This document shows positions 29,441 to 39,631 of a stretch of DNA of 64,000 bases, piece by piece; position 1 is the first letter of the stretch; each line of letters begins with the position of its first letter. This stretch comes from an uncultured Acidobacteriota bacterium (lineage in GTDB: Bacteria; Acidobacteriota; Thermoanaerobaculia; Gp7-AA8). Under the pieces are notes generated by a model that was not told the DNA's origin, did no database searches, and saw only the letters and a program-made list of their open reading frames with translations. The stretch covers positions 1,696,001 through 1,760,000 of the forward strand of contig CAWGHO010000002.1 in assembly GCA_963822445.1 (NCBI GenBank), written 5' to 3'. Position numbers and translations under genes: made by a program.

Positions 29441-31189
29441 TTACGACGCGGGAACCGCGGCCGTCGAAATGTCGACGCGGGTGCTGCCCCAGATGCCGGT
29501 GGTCGTTTCTTCGATCACCAGGAGGATCGACGAGGCCGCGGGAGGAACATCGATCGGAGTGCGGAAGCGGAACACGCCATCTTTGAGGTCGTAGTTCGGA
29601 ACAGCGCGATACGCCACGACCGCCTCTGTGCCGACGCGGATGGCCATCGTGATCCGGAAGTGCCCCCTCGATTCGGCACCGAGCATCCGCTTGACGAGAT
29701 CGACGTTCGCGACCGCGCGCAACGTTCCGGATTTCTTCGGCCCGTTCGTCGCTTCCCACTCGACCGTTCCTTCCGTCGAAAGATCCCCCGTGTAGGTGGC
29801 GCCGTTGATCAGGCCCAGGGCTCGGGTGCGGGCCACCTCGTCGGGTGTCGTCGCCATCACGAAGCGGGCGGTGCGAACGGTGAGATTCGGATCGCGCGGC
29901 TTCACTTCGACCTTCCGCGTCTGTCCGTCCGGCTTGCGATCGACCTGGTAGGTGATCTTGAGCCGGTCATCCAGGCCTTCCATCACGCCGCGGAGATGAG
30001 AGCTGTTCGGGACGACCTTGCCGCCGGTGACCTCGGCCATCGCGTTCAGCGGATCGTGGGGTCTGTAGAAAAACGCCTTCGGATTGCCCATCGGCTTCAC
30101 GTAGCGCGCTCCGCCGACCCGGCCGATTCCCGAGGTCGACGTGTCATCGACATACCCGTCGTTGTAGTTGTCGCTTGGGATCAGCACGCTCGTCCACGCA
30201 CCGGCCACGAGCATCTCGGCCATCCGCGCCGCCGATCCGCCGATCTGCGCCGATGAAACGTAACTCTTCAGCGCGAGACGAACGGTTGGTGACGCCGCTT
30301 CGCCGTAGAACTCTGCCGGGTCGAGATCGAAGCCGTCGGTCACCATCAGCAGGTTGCGGGGTACGCGGCGGGGGTAGGAACTGAGCCAGGCGACGAGCGA
30401 ATCGCGGAAGTTCGAGATTGCGGCGATCTCCTGTTCGACGTAGGGAAGGATCTCGTTCGTGCCGATGACGCGCAGCGGGTCCTTGGTCCCGTCGAGCTCC
30501 TCGCGACCCTTGGGGTCCATGGTGTACTTGTACTTCCGGTCCCGCTCGTCCTCGACCTCGATATACGGCCGCTCCTCGTAATCGGTACGGACGGTCTGCT
30601 GGATCTGCGAGGTCTTCCACGCTTCCATGTTGCCCAGCGCGCCGACTTCCCGATTGAACTGGCGGCGGTGCGCTGCCAGTTGATTGGTGCCCTTGGAGGC
30701 CACGATCTTCTCCAGCGCCTTCCGGATCGCGGCGGCGTCGCGGGAGTTCCTGACCAGCGCCACCGGCGTGGGATCGGCCAACACGACATCGACGGTGCCC
30801 ATCTGCACGAGCCTGTCGACGTGCTTCATCATTTCCTTGGCCGCGGAGATCCGGCCCGCCGAATTCGACAGAGCAGTCTCGAAGTAGAGGACGTTCTGCC
30901 AGAGCGTCTGCCGCGGTTGCTCGGCTGCCGGAGCCGGCGCTGCAGCCGTCTGCACCTTCGCGCCTTTCGGCGCACGAAGGTATTCGACACCGACCACCGT
31001 GCGCTGGATGCCGTTCTCCAGCACCACGAAGTCCGCCGGCTGCAGGCCGGCAGGCACGTTCCCCTTGGCATCGCGCACGTCGGCGACCACCTCGACGGCC
31101 GTGACGTAGAGCTGTTCGCTGTTCGTTGCCGGTTGCTGCGCGGATACGACGACTGCGATGGAGAGAACGAGGGCCAGTGCTGTGCGCAT
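29441..31189 (-). CDS. Secreted VWA-related protein, tandem paralog 4
   Basis: Signal peptide; VVADVRD, DFVVLENG, LMVTDGFD, TGGKVV, YQVDRKPDG motifs. Confidence 0.85.
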   Translation of the reverse strand: MRTALALVLSIAVVVSAQQPATNSEQLYVTAVEVVADVRDAKGNVPAGLQPADFVVLENGIQRTVVGVEYLRAPKGAKVQTAAAPAPAAEQPRQTLWQNVLYFETALSNSAGRISAAKEMMKHVDRLVQMGTVDVVLADPTPVALVRNSRDAAAIRKALEKIVASKGTNQLAAHRRQFNREVGALGNMEAWKTSQIQQTVRTDYEERPYIEVEDERDRKYKYTMDPKGREELDGTKDPLRVIGTNEILPYVEQEIAAISNFRDSLVAWLSSYPRRVPRNLLMVTDGFDLDPAEFYGEAASPTVRLALKSYVSSAQIGGSAARMAEMLVAGAWTSVLIPSDNYNDGYVDDTSTSGIGRVGGARYVKPMGNPKAFFYRPHDPLNAMAEVTGGKVVPNSSHLRGVMEGLDDRLKITYQVDRKPDGQTRKVEVKPRDPNLTVRTARFVMATTPDEVARTRALGLINGATYTGDLSTEGTVEWEATNGPKKSGTLRAVANVDLVKRMLGAESRGHFRITMAIRVGTEAVVAYRAVPNYDLKDGVFRFRTPIDVPPAASSILLVIEETTTGIWGSTRVDISTAAVPAS

Positions 31190-31201
31190 GGGTAACCTTT
31201 C

Positions 31202-32941
31202 TTAAGAAGCCGGTGTTGCTGTCGGAACGTCTACGCGGGTGCTGCCCCAGATGCCGGTGGTTGTTTCTTCGATGACCAGAACGACCGCCGTAGCATTCGG
31301 CGGGAGATCGAGAGGAGTGCGGAACCGGAAAACCCCTTCAGTCAGATCGTAGTCGGGAACGGCGCGGTTCACGACCACTGCTTCCCTGCCGATCTGCACG
31401 GCCAGGGTGATGCGGAACTGCCCTTTCGCGCCTGCCGGAAGCAGTTGTTTGACGAGATCCACTTTTGACACAGCGCGAAGCGTGCCCGTCTTCTTCGGCC
31501 CCGGCGATGCGGCCCATTCGACAGAGCCTTCCGTCGCAAGATCGCCCTGATAGGTTGCGGACCTGAGCAGGCCGGCCGCACGGGTCTTGGCCATGTCTTC
31601 GGGGGTGGCCGAGGTGACGAAGCGGGCCGCGCGCACTTTGAGATTCGCATTGCGCGAGCGGACTTCGATCTTGCGCGGCTTTCCATCGGGCTTGCGATCG
31701 ACCTGATAGGTGAGCTTCACCCGGTCGTCGAGACTGTCGAGGACACCGCTGAGATGCGCGCTGTTCGCTACGACCTTGCCGCCGGTCGCGTCCGCGACGG
31801 CATTCAGAGGATCGTGCGGACGATAAAAGAACGCCTTTGGGTTGCCGACCGGCTTCTTGGCGAGGCTGCCCATCCGGCCAATTCCCGAGACCGTGCTGTC
31901 GTCGACCCAGCCGTCGGCGTTGTTGTCGCTGGGAATGCTGATGGTCGTCCAGGCGCCCGATGCCAGAGCTTCGGCCATCCGTTCCGCGGTGGTGCCCAGG
32001 GGCGACTGGGAGATGTAGTTGCGCAGGTCGGATTTCGCGGTGTTCGGTGCCGAGGCTCCGTAGAACTCGACCGGATCGAGATCGAAGCCGTCGGAAACGA
32101 GCAGCAGATTGCGCGGTACGTGGCGGCGGTAGGAGCTCAGCCACGCCATCAGCGACTCGCGGAAGTTCCCGATCAGGCGGATTTCCTGTTCGACGTACGG
32201 AATGATCTTGTTCGAGCCGATGGCCTGGGGCCCTTCCACTGAGCCGTCGAATTCGCGGCGCGCCTCGGGATTGATGCTGGTGCCTGCCGACGACTGACCT
32301 GGCTGACCGGTCGGATACTCGAGGATGACAGGCTGCTGCTTGTTTCTTCCCTTCAACGACTCGAGGCTGCCGAGCATGCCGATGTCGCGCTGATAGTCGC
32401 GGCGGTGCGCGGCGAGCTGATTGTGGCCGCCCGAGGCTGCGACCTTTTCCAGCGCCGCACGGATCGCAGCCGCGTCGCGGGACCCGCGAACCAGCGCGGT
32501 GGGAATCGGGTTCGCGAACACGACGTCGACGGTGCCCATCTGCACGAGGTGATCGACGTGTTTCATCATTTCGCGAGCCGCGCTGACGCGGCCCGTCCCG
32601 TTCGCGAGGGTCGTCTCGAAGTAGATGACGTTCTGCCACACCGGACGTCCGTCATCAGCTGCCGCGGCGGCAGGAGCCGGTGCCGACGTATCGATCGCCC
32701 CGACGATCCGTTGCGAGCGCAGATAGTCGACGCCGACCACCGCCCGCTCCACTCCGTCTTCGATGACCACGAAATCGCTCGGCTTCAGGCCGGAGGGCAG
32801 GTTCCCGCTCGCGTCGCGCACGTCGGCGACCACTTCAATCGCGGTGACGAATACTTGTTCCCCGCCCCCTTGCGGCAACGGTTGCTGCTGCGCCGAAAGG
32901 GCGACTGCGGTAGTGAGAAGAAGAGCCAGGATCGTGCGCAT
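31202..32941 (-). CDS. Secreted VWA-related protein, tandem paralog 3
   Basis: Same motifs as the neighbouring paralogs. Confidence 0.85.
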   Translation of the reverse strand: MRTILALLLTTAVALSAQQQPLPQGGGEQVFVTAIEVVADVRDASGNLPSGLKPSDFVVIEDGVERAVVGVDYLRSQRIVGAIDTSAPAPAAAAADDGRPVWQNVIYFETTLANGTGRVSAAREMMKHVDHLVQMGTVDVVFANPIPTALVRGSRDAAAIRAALEKVAASGGHNQLAAHRRDYQRDIGMLGSLESLKGRNKQQPVILEYPTGQPGQSSAGTSINPEARREFDGSVEGPQAIGSNKIIPYVEQEIRLIGNFRESLMAWLSSYRRHVPRNLLLVSDGFDLDPVEFYGASAPNTAKSDLRNYISQSPLGTTAERMAEALASGAWTTISIPSDNNADGWVDDSTVSGIGRMGSLAKKPVGNPKAFFYRPHDPLNAVADATGGKVVANSAHLSGVLDSLDDRVKLTYQVDRKPDGKPRKIEVRSRNANLKVRAARFVTSATPEDMAKTRAAGLLRSATYQGDLATEGSVEWAASPGPKKTGTLRAVSKVDLVKQLLPAGAKGQFRITLAVQIGREAVVVNRAVPDYDLTEGVFRFRTPLDLPPNATAVVLVIEETTTGIWGSTRVDVPTATPAS

Positions 32942-32956
32942 TTGGAAAGACCTTTC

Positions 32957-33058
32957 TTAGGTGGGGATGTCGAGGCGGGTGCCGCCGCCGGCGCGAGGCG
33001 GTTCCTGAGCCCCCGCAGCGAATGCAGCTGCGAGCAGAGGGAACCCGGTTGTACGCAT
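32957..33058 (-). pseudogene. Collapsed fifth VWA paralog (33-aa remnant)
   Basis: Translates MRTTGFPLLAAAFAAGAQEPPRAGGGTRLDIPT*. This is the paralog N-terminus (MRTIGSLFLAAAFAASGQELPQAGG) joined to the paralog C-terminus (GSTRLQIPT). Confidence 0.8.
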
Positions 33059-33176
33059 TCCCTTATTGTGTCACGCGCTCTCGGGGACGAGCGGTTGTTC
33101 CGCAGGGGAAAGCGGCGGTTTCCGTTGCGCTTTTGTTACGAGGTCGTGCGCACTTCGTTCAGCTCGCTTCGCGTCG

Positions 33177-34886
33177 TCACGACGCCGGTGCGCCGGGGAG
33201 CGTCACCCGAGTGCTGCCCCAGACCCCGGTCGTCGTTTCCTCGATGACCAGAATCAGTGCAGTGGCCTTTGCCGGCAGGTCGAGCGGCGTGCGGAATCGG
33301 AAGACGCCTTCGGTCAGGTCGTAGTCGGAAACCGCCCGATTCACGACGATGGCCTCCTTGCCGAGCTGCACCGCCAGCGTGATCCGGAACTGCCCTTTCG
33401 CGCCCGGCGGCAGGAGCCGTTTGACGAGATCGACGTTCGTGAGCGCGCGAAGCGTTCCGCTCTTCTTCGGTCCTGTCGTCGCGGTCCATTCCACCGTCGA
33501 CTCCATCGAGAGGTCGCCGGTGTACGTCGCCGTCTTCAAGAGACCGACGGCGCGCGTTTCGGCCATCGACTCGGGAGTGGCAGAGGTGGCGTAGTGCGCG
33601 GTCCGCACTTTCAGGTTCTTGTCGCGCGCCCGGACCTCGATCTTCCTCGTCTTTCCGTCCGGTTTGCGATCGACCTGATAGGTGAGCTTCACCCGATCGT
33701 CGAGCGACTCCAGCACGCCGCCGAGATGGGCGCTGTTCGAGACGACTTTGCCGCCGGTGCTCTCGGCGATCGCGTTCAGCGGATCGAGCGGCCGGATCAG
33801 AAACGCCTTGGTCGTGCCGCCCTGCTGCCTGTTCAGCGAAGCGTGCACGCGGCCGATCGCGGAGACGGTGGCGTCGTCGACCCAGCCGTCGGCGTTGTTG
33901 TCGCTGGGGATGCTCACCGTGGTCCACGCTGCCGCCGCAAGCGTCTGGGCCATGCGTTCCGCCGAATCGCCCAGCGTGGATTGAGAAACGTAGGCCCGCA
34001 AGTCCATCTGCGCCGAGTTCGTGGATGACGCGGCGTAGAACTCGACCGGATCGAGATCGTAGCCGTCGGTGACGACGAGCAGGTTGCGCGGAACGTGGCG
34101 GCGATAGGAGCTGAGCCAGGTCATGAGCGACTCGCGGAACGAGTTGATCAGCCGGATTTCATGGTCGATGTAGGGGCGGACGCTGTTCGAGTCGAGCGTG
34201 TTGAGCTGCGGCGCGCCCGAGCTGTCGAACTCGCCGCGCAGACGGCTGGTCGAACCGCTCTTGCCCATATCCATCGTCACTTGTGAGCCCTCGAGCTGTT
34301 TGGCCCGGGACTTCAGCGCCGAGACGCTGCTCAGGTTCATCACGTCGCGCATGTAATCGCGGCGGTGTGCGGCGAGCTGGTTGATGCCTGGCGACGTCGC
34401 CACTTTCTCGAGCGCCGCGCGGATGGCAGCCGCATCGCGAGAGTTGCGAACGAGCGCCACCGGAATCGGATTCGCGAACACGACGTCGACAGTCCCCATC
34501 TGGATGAGCGTATCGACGTGATTCATCATCTGGCGCGCCGCGCCCACGCGACCCTGTCCGTTCGCGAGCGTGGTCTCGAAGTAGATGACGTTCTGCCACG
34601 GCCGCGAGGACTCCCCCTGCGGTGCGGCGGGTGCTGACGTGTCGATGCTGCCGACGATGCGCTCGGCGCGCAGGTAGTCGAGTCCCACGACCGTCCGCTC
34701 CACACCGTCTTCGATCACCACGAAATCGCCCGGCTTCAGTCCCGCCGGGAGCTTTCCGTTTGCATCCCGAACGTCGGCGACGACGTCGATCGCGGTGACG
34801 AAAACCTGTTCGCCGCCGGCCTGCGGCGGTTGTTGCGCGGACGTCGTGAGGGCGAGAGCGAGAAAAACGGCAACGGTCGTGCGCAT
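33177..34886 (-). CDS. Secreted VWA-related protein, tandem paralog 2
   Basis: Start MRTTVAVF by homology to the paralogs; GAGAGGA RBS. Confidence 0.85.
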   Translation of the reverse strand: MRTTVAVFLALALTTSAQQPPQAGGEQVFVTAIDVVADVRDANGKLPAGLKPGDFVVIEDGVERTVVGLDYLRAERIVGSIDTSAPAAPQGESSRPWQNVIYFETTLANGQGRVGAARQMMNHVDTLIQMGTVDVVFANPIPVALVRNSRDAAAIRAALEKVATSPGINQLAAHRRDYMRDVMNLSSVSALKSRAKQLEGSQVTMDMGKSGSTSRLRGEFDSSGAPQLNTLDSNSVRPYIDHEIRLINSFRESLMTWLSSYRRHVPRNLLVVTDGYDLDPVEFYAASSTNSAQMDLRAYVSQSTLGDSAERMAQTLAAAAWTTVSIPSDNNADGWVDDATVSAIGRVHASLNRQQGGTTKAFLIRPLDPLNAIAESTGGKVVSNSAHLGGVLESLDDRVKLTYQVDRKPDGKTRKIEVRARDKNLKVRTAHYATSATPESMAETRAVGLLKTATYTGDLSMESTVEWTATTGPKKSGTLRALTNVDLVKRLLPPGAKGQFRITLAVQLGKEAIVVNRAVSDYDLTEGVFRFRTPLDLPAKATALILVIEETTTGVWGSTRVTLPGAPAS

Positions 34887-34897
34887 TGTTAGTCCTC

Positions 34898-36562
34898 TCA
34901 GGACTTCGGAGTTGTGGCGGTGGGGATCTGCAGACGCGTACTTCCCCAGACGCCCGTTGTGATTTCTTCGATGACCAGAACGATCATCGAGGCATTCGAC
35001 GGAACATCGATCGGAGTGCGGAACCTGAATGGCTTGCCGGCGAGCACGTAGTCGGAGACGGACCGGTTCACGACGATAGAATCCCTCCCGACCTGCACGG
35101 CCATGGTGATGCGGAACTGCGCTTTTGCGCCGGGAGGAAGCAGGCGCCGGATCAGATCGACGTCCGTGACCGCGCGCAGCGTGCCGTTCTTCTGGCCTGC
35201 CGAAGCCGGTCCCCATTCGATGGAGCCTTCGGTTTTCAGATCGCCGAGGTAGCTCGAGGGTTTGAGCAGACCGAGGGCTCGGGTCTGGGCCATGTCCTCG
35301 GCTGTTGCCGACGTCGCGAAACGTGCCGCGCGCACTTTCAGGTTCGGCCGGCGCGATCGAACCTCGATCTTCCGCGCCTTTCCATCCGGCTTCCGGTCGA
35401 CCTGGTAGGTGAGCTTCACCCGGTCGTCCAGGCCTTCCAGGGCATCGCCGATCTGCGCACTGTTCGCCACGATCTTCCCGCCTGTGGCTTCGGAGACGGC
35501 ATGAAGCGGATCGAGCGGTCGGATCAGGAACGCTTTCGGATTGGTGGTCGGGTGCGCCGAAATCGACGCGTGGACACGGCCGATCGCGGACACGGTCGCG
35601 TCGTCGACCCAGCCATCGGAGCTGTTGTCGCTGGGGATGCTCAACGTCGTCCAGGCGCCGGACGCCAGCGACCGGGCCAGCCGTTCGGACGTGTTCCCGA
35701 GCGTCGACTGGGAGACATAGCTTCGCAATTCCATCTGTTCCTGCGGCGGCAGCGACTTGCCGTAGAACTCGACGGGATCGAGATCGAAACCGTCGGTCAT
35801 CAGGATCAGATTGCGCGGAGTGTGGCGGCGGTAGGAACTGAGCCAGGCCACCAGCGAATCCCGGAAGTCGGAGATCATCACGATCTCCTGCTGGATGTAG
35901 GGAAGGGCGTTGCTCGGGCCGACAGTGAACTCGTTTTTAGGGGTAGCGCGCCCTGATGCGCCACTCAGCACCTGCAGACCGCTGAGCGCTGCGATGTCGC
36001 GGAGATAGTCGCGGCGATGGACGGCCAGCTGATTCGAGCCGGGGGAGCTCGCGACTTTCTCGAGAGCTCTGCGAATCGCCGCGGCGTCGCGCGAGCCCCG
36101 GACCAGCGCGACGGGAGTGGGGTTGGCAAAGACGACATCGACGGTGCCCATCTGCACGAGGGCATCGATGTGTTTCATCATTTCCTTTGCCGCGGTCATC
36201 CGTCCCGTGCCATTGGCCAGCGACGTTTCGAAATAGATGACGTTCTGCCAGAGCGTGCGCTCCCTCGCCGGCTCCGGTGTGGCCGGAGTTGCCGCCGTCG
36301 TTGTCTCGGGGGTCGTGTCGATCGCTCCGGCGATGCGTTCGCGGCGGAGATAGTCGAGGCCGACCACGGTCCGCTCCACGCCGTCTTCGACGATGACGAA
36401 ATCGGTCGGTTTGAGATCAGCCGGCAACGCGCCCTTCGCGTCGCGAACGTCGGCAACGACTTCGATTGCCGTGACATAAACCTGTTCTCCACCGGCCTGG
36501 GGCAGTTCCTGCCCGGACGCGGCAAATGCTGCTGCGAGGAAAAGCGACCCGATTGTGCGCAT
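34898..36562 (-). CDS. Secreted VWA-related protein, tandem paralog 1
   Basis: Same motifs as the neighbouring paralogs. Confidence 0.85.
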   Translation of the reverse strand: MRTIGSLFLAAAFAASGQELPQAGGEQVYVTAIEVVADVRDAKGALPADLKPTDFVIVEDGVERTVVGLDYLRRERIAGAIDTTPETTTAATPATPEPARERTLWQNVIYFETSLANGTGRMTAAKEMMKHIDALVQMGTVDVVFANPTPVALVRGSRDAAAIRRALEKVASSPGSNQLAVHRRDYLRDIAALSGLQVLSGASGRATPKNEFTVGPSNALPYIQQEIVMISDFRDSLVAWLSSYRRHTPRNLILMTDGFDLDPVEFYGKSLPPQEQMELRSYVSQSTLGNTSERLARSLASGAWTTLSIPSDNSSDGWVDDATVSAIGRVHASISAHPTTNPKAFLIRPLDPLHAVSEATGGKIVANSAQIGDALEGLDDRVKLTYQVDRKPDGKARKIEVRSRRPNLKVRAARFATSATAEDMAQTRALGLLKPSSYLGDLKTEGSIEWGPASAGQKNGTLRAVTDVDLIRRLLPPGAKAQFRITMAVQVGRDSIVVNRSVSDYVLAGKPFRFRTPIDVPSNASMIVLVIEEITTGVWGSTRLQIPTATTPKS

Positions 36563-36716
36563 CCGCCTATTGTTTCACGCGGATCGCGGCGGCCACGTCC
36601 GTGCGCCTCGACACCGTTGCATTTTGGTCACGACATCCCCGCGCGAGCGGGCTGAGTTTCTGGCATGGTCTAATCATTCGTTTCAGGCGCGGGTGTTGAA
36701 CGCATTGGGAGCCACC

Positions 36717-37712
36717 ATGAGAAAGCTCGTCGTCGTCGCATTTGCAGCGGTCATCGCCTTCCCCCTGTTCGCCACCGACCCCGCCGCGGAACAGCTTGCA
36801 CGCGGCCGCAGCGCGCTCGTGAAACGGGACTACGAGCGTGCCGCCGAGATCCTTCGGAACGGGATCGCCTCTGCGAAGAGCATCGCCAAGCCGGATGAGA
36901 AGAACGAGGCTCTGGCCGCGCTTCACTTCTATGCAGCGGTGGCGACGTACCACTCCGGCCGCGAGTCAGCCGCGCGGTCGCATCTCACCGACTTCTTCGA
37001 ATATCAACCGAATGCGACCCGGCTCGATCCGAAGCGGTTCGAGGCCGGGTTCATCACGTTGTTCAACCAGGTTCGCACCGGCCGCAGGCAGGCCGGGACG
37101 GTGAGCTTCGACTACCTCTATCCGAACTACGAGAAGATCGTCGCCGGGGAGTGGGAGCCCGTTCGCGGCTGGCGCAACACGCCCGCTTTCGCCTTCCTCG
37201 CTACGCCCGAAGAGAAGAAGACCTGGGACGACATCCTCGATCCCGCGCTTCGCGACTCGTTCGTCGTCGATTTCTGGAAGCGCCGCGATCCGACCCCGGC
37301 CGATGACCGCAACGAGTATCGCGAGGAGTTCGAGAAGCGAGCCGCCTTCGCCGACTACTACTTCGGCTCCCTCGACGTTCGTGGCTCGCTCTCCGACCGC
37401 GGCAAGGTTTTCGTCCTCCTCGGACGCCCCGGCGCCATCGAAGCCCGCGGATTCCTGCCGAGCGACGGCCGCCTCTCCCTCGCCGAGAATCTCGATTACG
37501 GCGATGTCGCGCTCGAGATCTGGCGTTATCCCCGGACGGCGCTCCCGGTCGAGGTCCCGACCGCCGGCGTTGCCTATCTGTTCGTCACCCACCGCCGCAT
37601 CGGCGATCATCTCCTTCACGGGCTCAGCGGCATGAACCAGCGCGCCCTGCTGCTCGCCGCGGAGACGCCGCACAAGAAGACGGCCGCGGCCCAGGCGGCA
37701 GCGGCCCGATAA
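36717..37712 (+). CDS. GWxTD-domain secreted protein
   Basis: Signal peptide, TPR-like region, FWKRRDPTP..NEYREEF..R..FAD, GSLSDRGKVFVLLGRP, EIWRY. Confidence 0.85.
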   Translation: MRKLVVVAFAAVIAFPLFATDPAAEQLARGRSALVKRDYERAAEILRNGIASAKSIAKPDEKNEALAALHFYAAVATYHSGRESAARSHLTDFFEYQPNATRLDPKRFEAGFITLFNQVRTGRRQAGTVSFDYLYPNYEKIVAGEWEPVRGWRNTPAFAFLATPEEKKTWDDILDPALRDSFVVDFWKRRDPTPADDRNEYREEFEKRAAFADYYFGSLDVRGSLSDRGKVFVLLGRPGAIEARGFLPSDGRLSLAENLDYGDVALEIWRYPRTALPVEVPTAGVAYLFVTHRRIGDHLLHGLSGMNQRALLLAAETPHKKTAAAQAAAAR

Positions 37713-37737
37713 CGACCCTGAGGCGTGCCAGCGGGAA

Positions 37738-37766
37738 GAAAGGCGGCTCCGGCCGCCTTTTCGTTT
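37738..37766 (+). terminator. Intrinsic terminator-like hairpin
   Basis: AAAGGCGGC-TCCG-GCCGCCTTT followed by TCGTTT. Confidence 0.65.
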
Positions 37767-37898
37767 GTCCGTGGCCTGCTTTCCGAGGGGTCCGGAGGCG
37801 GGAATTCCTTTCCCCCTCAATGAGTTGAACCCGATCCACGCCAATTGACTGTTCTGTGATCGGTGTGTTACCTAGCAGCGTTTCTTGGGAGGAATGTC

Positions 37899-38216
37899 GT
37901 GTACGCCATCATCAAATCCGGTGGAAAGCAGTATCGAGTTGCCGAAGGCGATCGCCTTCAGCTCGAGCGTGACGTGCTCGGCAATGCCGATCAGGAAAAG
38001 GTCACGTTCAGCGACGTTCTGATGGTCGGCGGCGACGAGACCAAGGTCGGGGACCCGAACGTCAAGGGCGCCTCGGTCCTCGCGACCGTCCTCAACGAGA
38101 ATCGCGGCGAGAAGATCATCGTCTTCAAGAAGAAGCGCCGCAAGCACCACACGAAGCGGAAGCACGGCCACCGTCAGGATCTGGTCGAAGTCCGCATCGA
38201 CAGCATCAAGCTCTAG
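37899..38216 (+). CDS. rplU: 50S ribosomal protein L21
   Basis: [17 protein letters not shown]...GHRQ; GGAGG RBS and GTG start. Confidence 0.97.
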   Translation: MYAIIKSGGKQYRVAEGDRLQLERDVLGNADQEKVTFSDVLMVGGDETKVGDPNVKGASVLATVLNENRGEKIIVFKKKRRKHHTKRKHGHRQDLVEVRIDSIKL

Positions 38217-38227
38217 GGAGATCGCAA

Positions 38228-38491
38228 ATGGCTCATAAAAAAGGTCAAGGTTCTTCGCGCAACGGTCGCGATTCACAGCCGAAGATGCTCGGTGTCAAGC
38301 GGTTTGCCGGGCAGTTCGTGACCGGTGGATCGATTCTCGTCCGCCAGCGCGGCACGAAGTTCTACCCGGGCGTCAACGTCGGCATCGGGCGCGACCACAC
38401 CCTCTTCGCGAAGATCGACGGCATCGTCGACTTCAAGGACAAGGGCGAGCGCGGCCGTTTCGTGAGCGTCACCCCGGCCGCCACCGAGTAA
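38228..38491 (+). CDS. rpmA: 50S ribosomal protein L27
   Basis: [16 protein letters not shown]...ILVRQRGT. Confidence 0.98.
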   Translation: MAHKKGQGSSRNGRDSQPKMLGVKRFAGQFVTGGSILVRQRGTKFYPGVNVGIGRDHTLFAKIDGIVDFKDKGERGRFVSVTPAATE

Positions 38492-38496
38492 GCGCA

Positions 38497-38527
38497 CTCT
38501 GGACTGCGGCGGCAGGGCCGCCGCTCT
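38497..38527. repeat. Single REP-like unit, GGACTGCGGCGGC family
   Basis: CTCTGGACTGCGGCGGCAGGGCCGCCGCTCT is nearly identical to 1824-1854. Confidence 0.75.
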
Positions 38528-38531
38528 CATT

Positions 38532-38565
38532 CGCGGCAGCGACGAGCTGCCGCGTTTTCTTTTTT
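38532..38565 (+). terminator. Intrinsic terminator after rpmA
   Basis: CGCGGCAGC-GACGA-GCTGCCGCG followed by TTTTCTTTTTT. Confidence 0.8.
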
Positions 38566-38599
38566 ACGGCATACCCTTAGCAGTGGGAAGTGAGTTGAG

Positions 38600-39631
38600 A
38601 TGTTCATCGATCAGGCAACCATTCGCGTGAAAGCCGGAGACGGCGGACACGGGTGCGTGGCCTTCCGCCGCGAGAAATTCGTTCCCAAGGGCGGCCCATC
38701 CGGCGGTGACGGCGGCACGGGCGGATCCGTCTGGATCGTCGCCTCCCGGCGTCTGAACACCCTCTACCACCTCAAGTTCCAGCGCGAGTGGAAAGCCGGC
38801 CGTGGCGAACACGGAATGGGCTCGAACTGCTCCGGCGAACAGGGGGGAGACGTCACCATCGAGCTTCCGATCGGCTCCGTCGTTCGCGACCAGGAAAGCG
38901 GCGATGTCATCGCCGACCTTTCCTACGACGGCGAGCGCGTGCTCGTCGCGAAAGGTGGCCGCGGCGGCTGGGGCAATCAGCACTTCGCGACGGCTACCCG
39001 CCAGGCGCCCCGTTTCGCGCAGGACGGCAATCCTGGCGAAGAGCGCGAGCTCTTCATCGAGCTGAAGCTCATCGCCGACGTCGGTCTGGTCGGATTGCCG
39101 AACGCCGGCAAGTCCACGCTCATCTCCGTGATCAGCGCGGCCAAGCCGAAGATCGCCGACTATCCGTTCACCACTCTCGTTCCGAATCTCGGCGTGGTCA
39201 AAGCCGACGATACGCAGACCTTCGTCGTCGCGGACATCCCCGGCCTCATCGAAGGCGCGCACGAAGGCCACGGCCTCGGCGATCAGTTTCTGCGCCACGT
39301 CGAGCGCTGCGCGGTGCTGGTGCATCTCGTCGATCTCTCCACGAACGAGACGCCCGACGTCGACGCCGAAGTCATCGCCCGCGAGCTCGGATTGCACTCG
39401 CAGACCCTCGCCGAAAAGCCGCGCATCATCGTCGGCTCGAAGATCGACTCCGCCGTTCCCGGGAACTCCGAGAAGCTTCGCGCGTACGCGCAGAAGAACG
39501 GGTTCCAGTATCACGAGATCTCCGCGGTCGTCGGCGACGGCGTTCGCGAACTCGTTCGCCTGCTTGCGCGATTCGTGCGTGAACAGCAGGTGCGCGAGGA
39601 GGCACTGGCCGCCCCCTCGCCGACAGCATGA
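38600..39631 (+). CDS. obgE: GTPase ObgE
   Basis: FRREKFVPKGGPSGGDGG, GLPNAGKST, YPFTT, DIPG motifs. Confidence 0.97.
   Translation: MFIDQATIRVKAGDGGHGCVAFRREKFVPKGGPSGGDGGTGGSVWIVASRRLNTLYHLKFQREWKAGRGEHGMGSNCSGEQGGDVTIELPIGSVVRDQESGDVIADLSYDGERVLVAKGGRGGWGNQHFATATRQAPRFAQDGNPGEERELFIELKLIADVGLVGLPNAGKSTLISVISAAKPKIADYPFTTLVPNLGVVKADDTQTFVVADIPGLIEGAHEGHGLGDQFLRHVERCAVLVHLVDLSTNETPDVDAEVIARELGLHSQTLAEKPRIIVGSKIDSAVPGNSEKLRAYAQKNGFQYHEISAVVGDGVRELVRLLARFVREQQVREEALAAPSPTA

Noticed and set aside
29441-36562. Diversity-generating retroelement or shufflon acting on the paralog array
   Set aside because: No reverse transcriptase or recombinase, and divergence is spread across the genes rather than adenine-specific.
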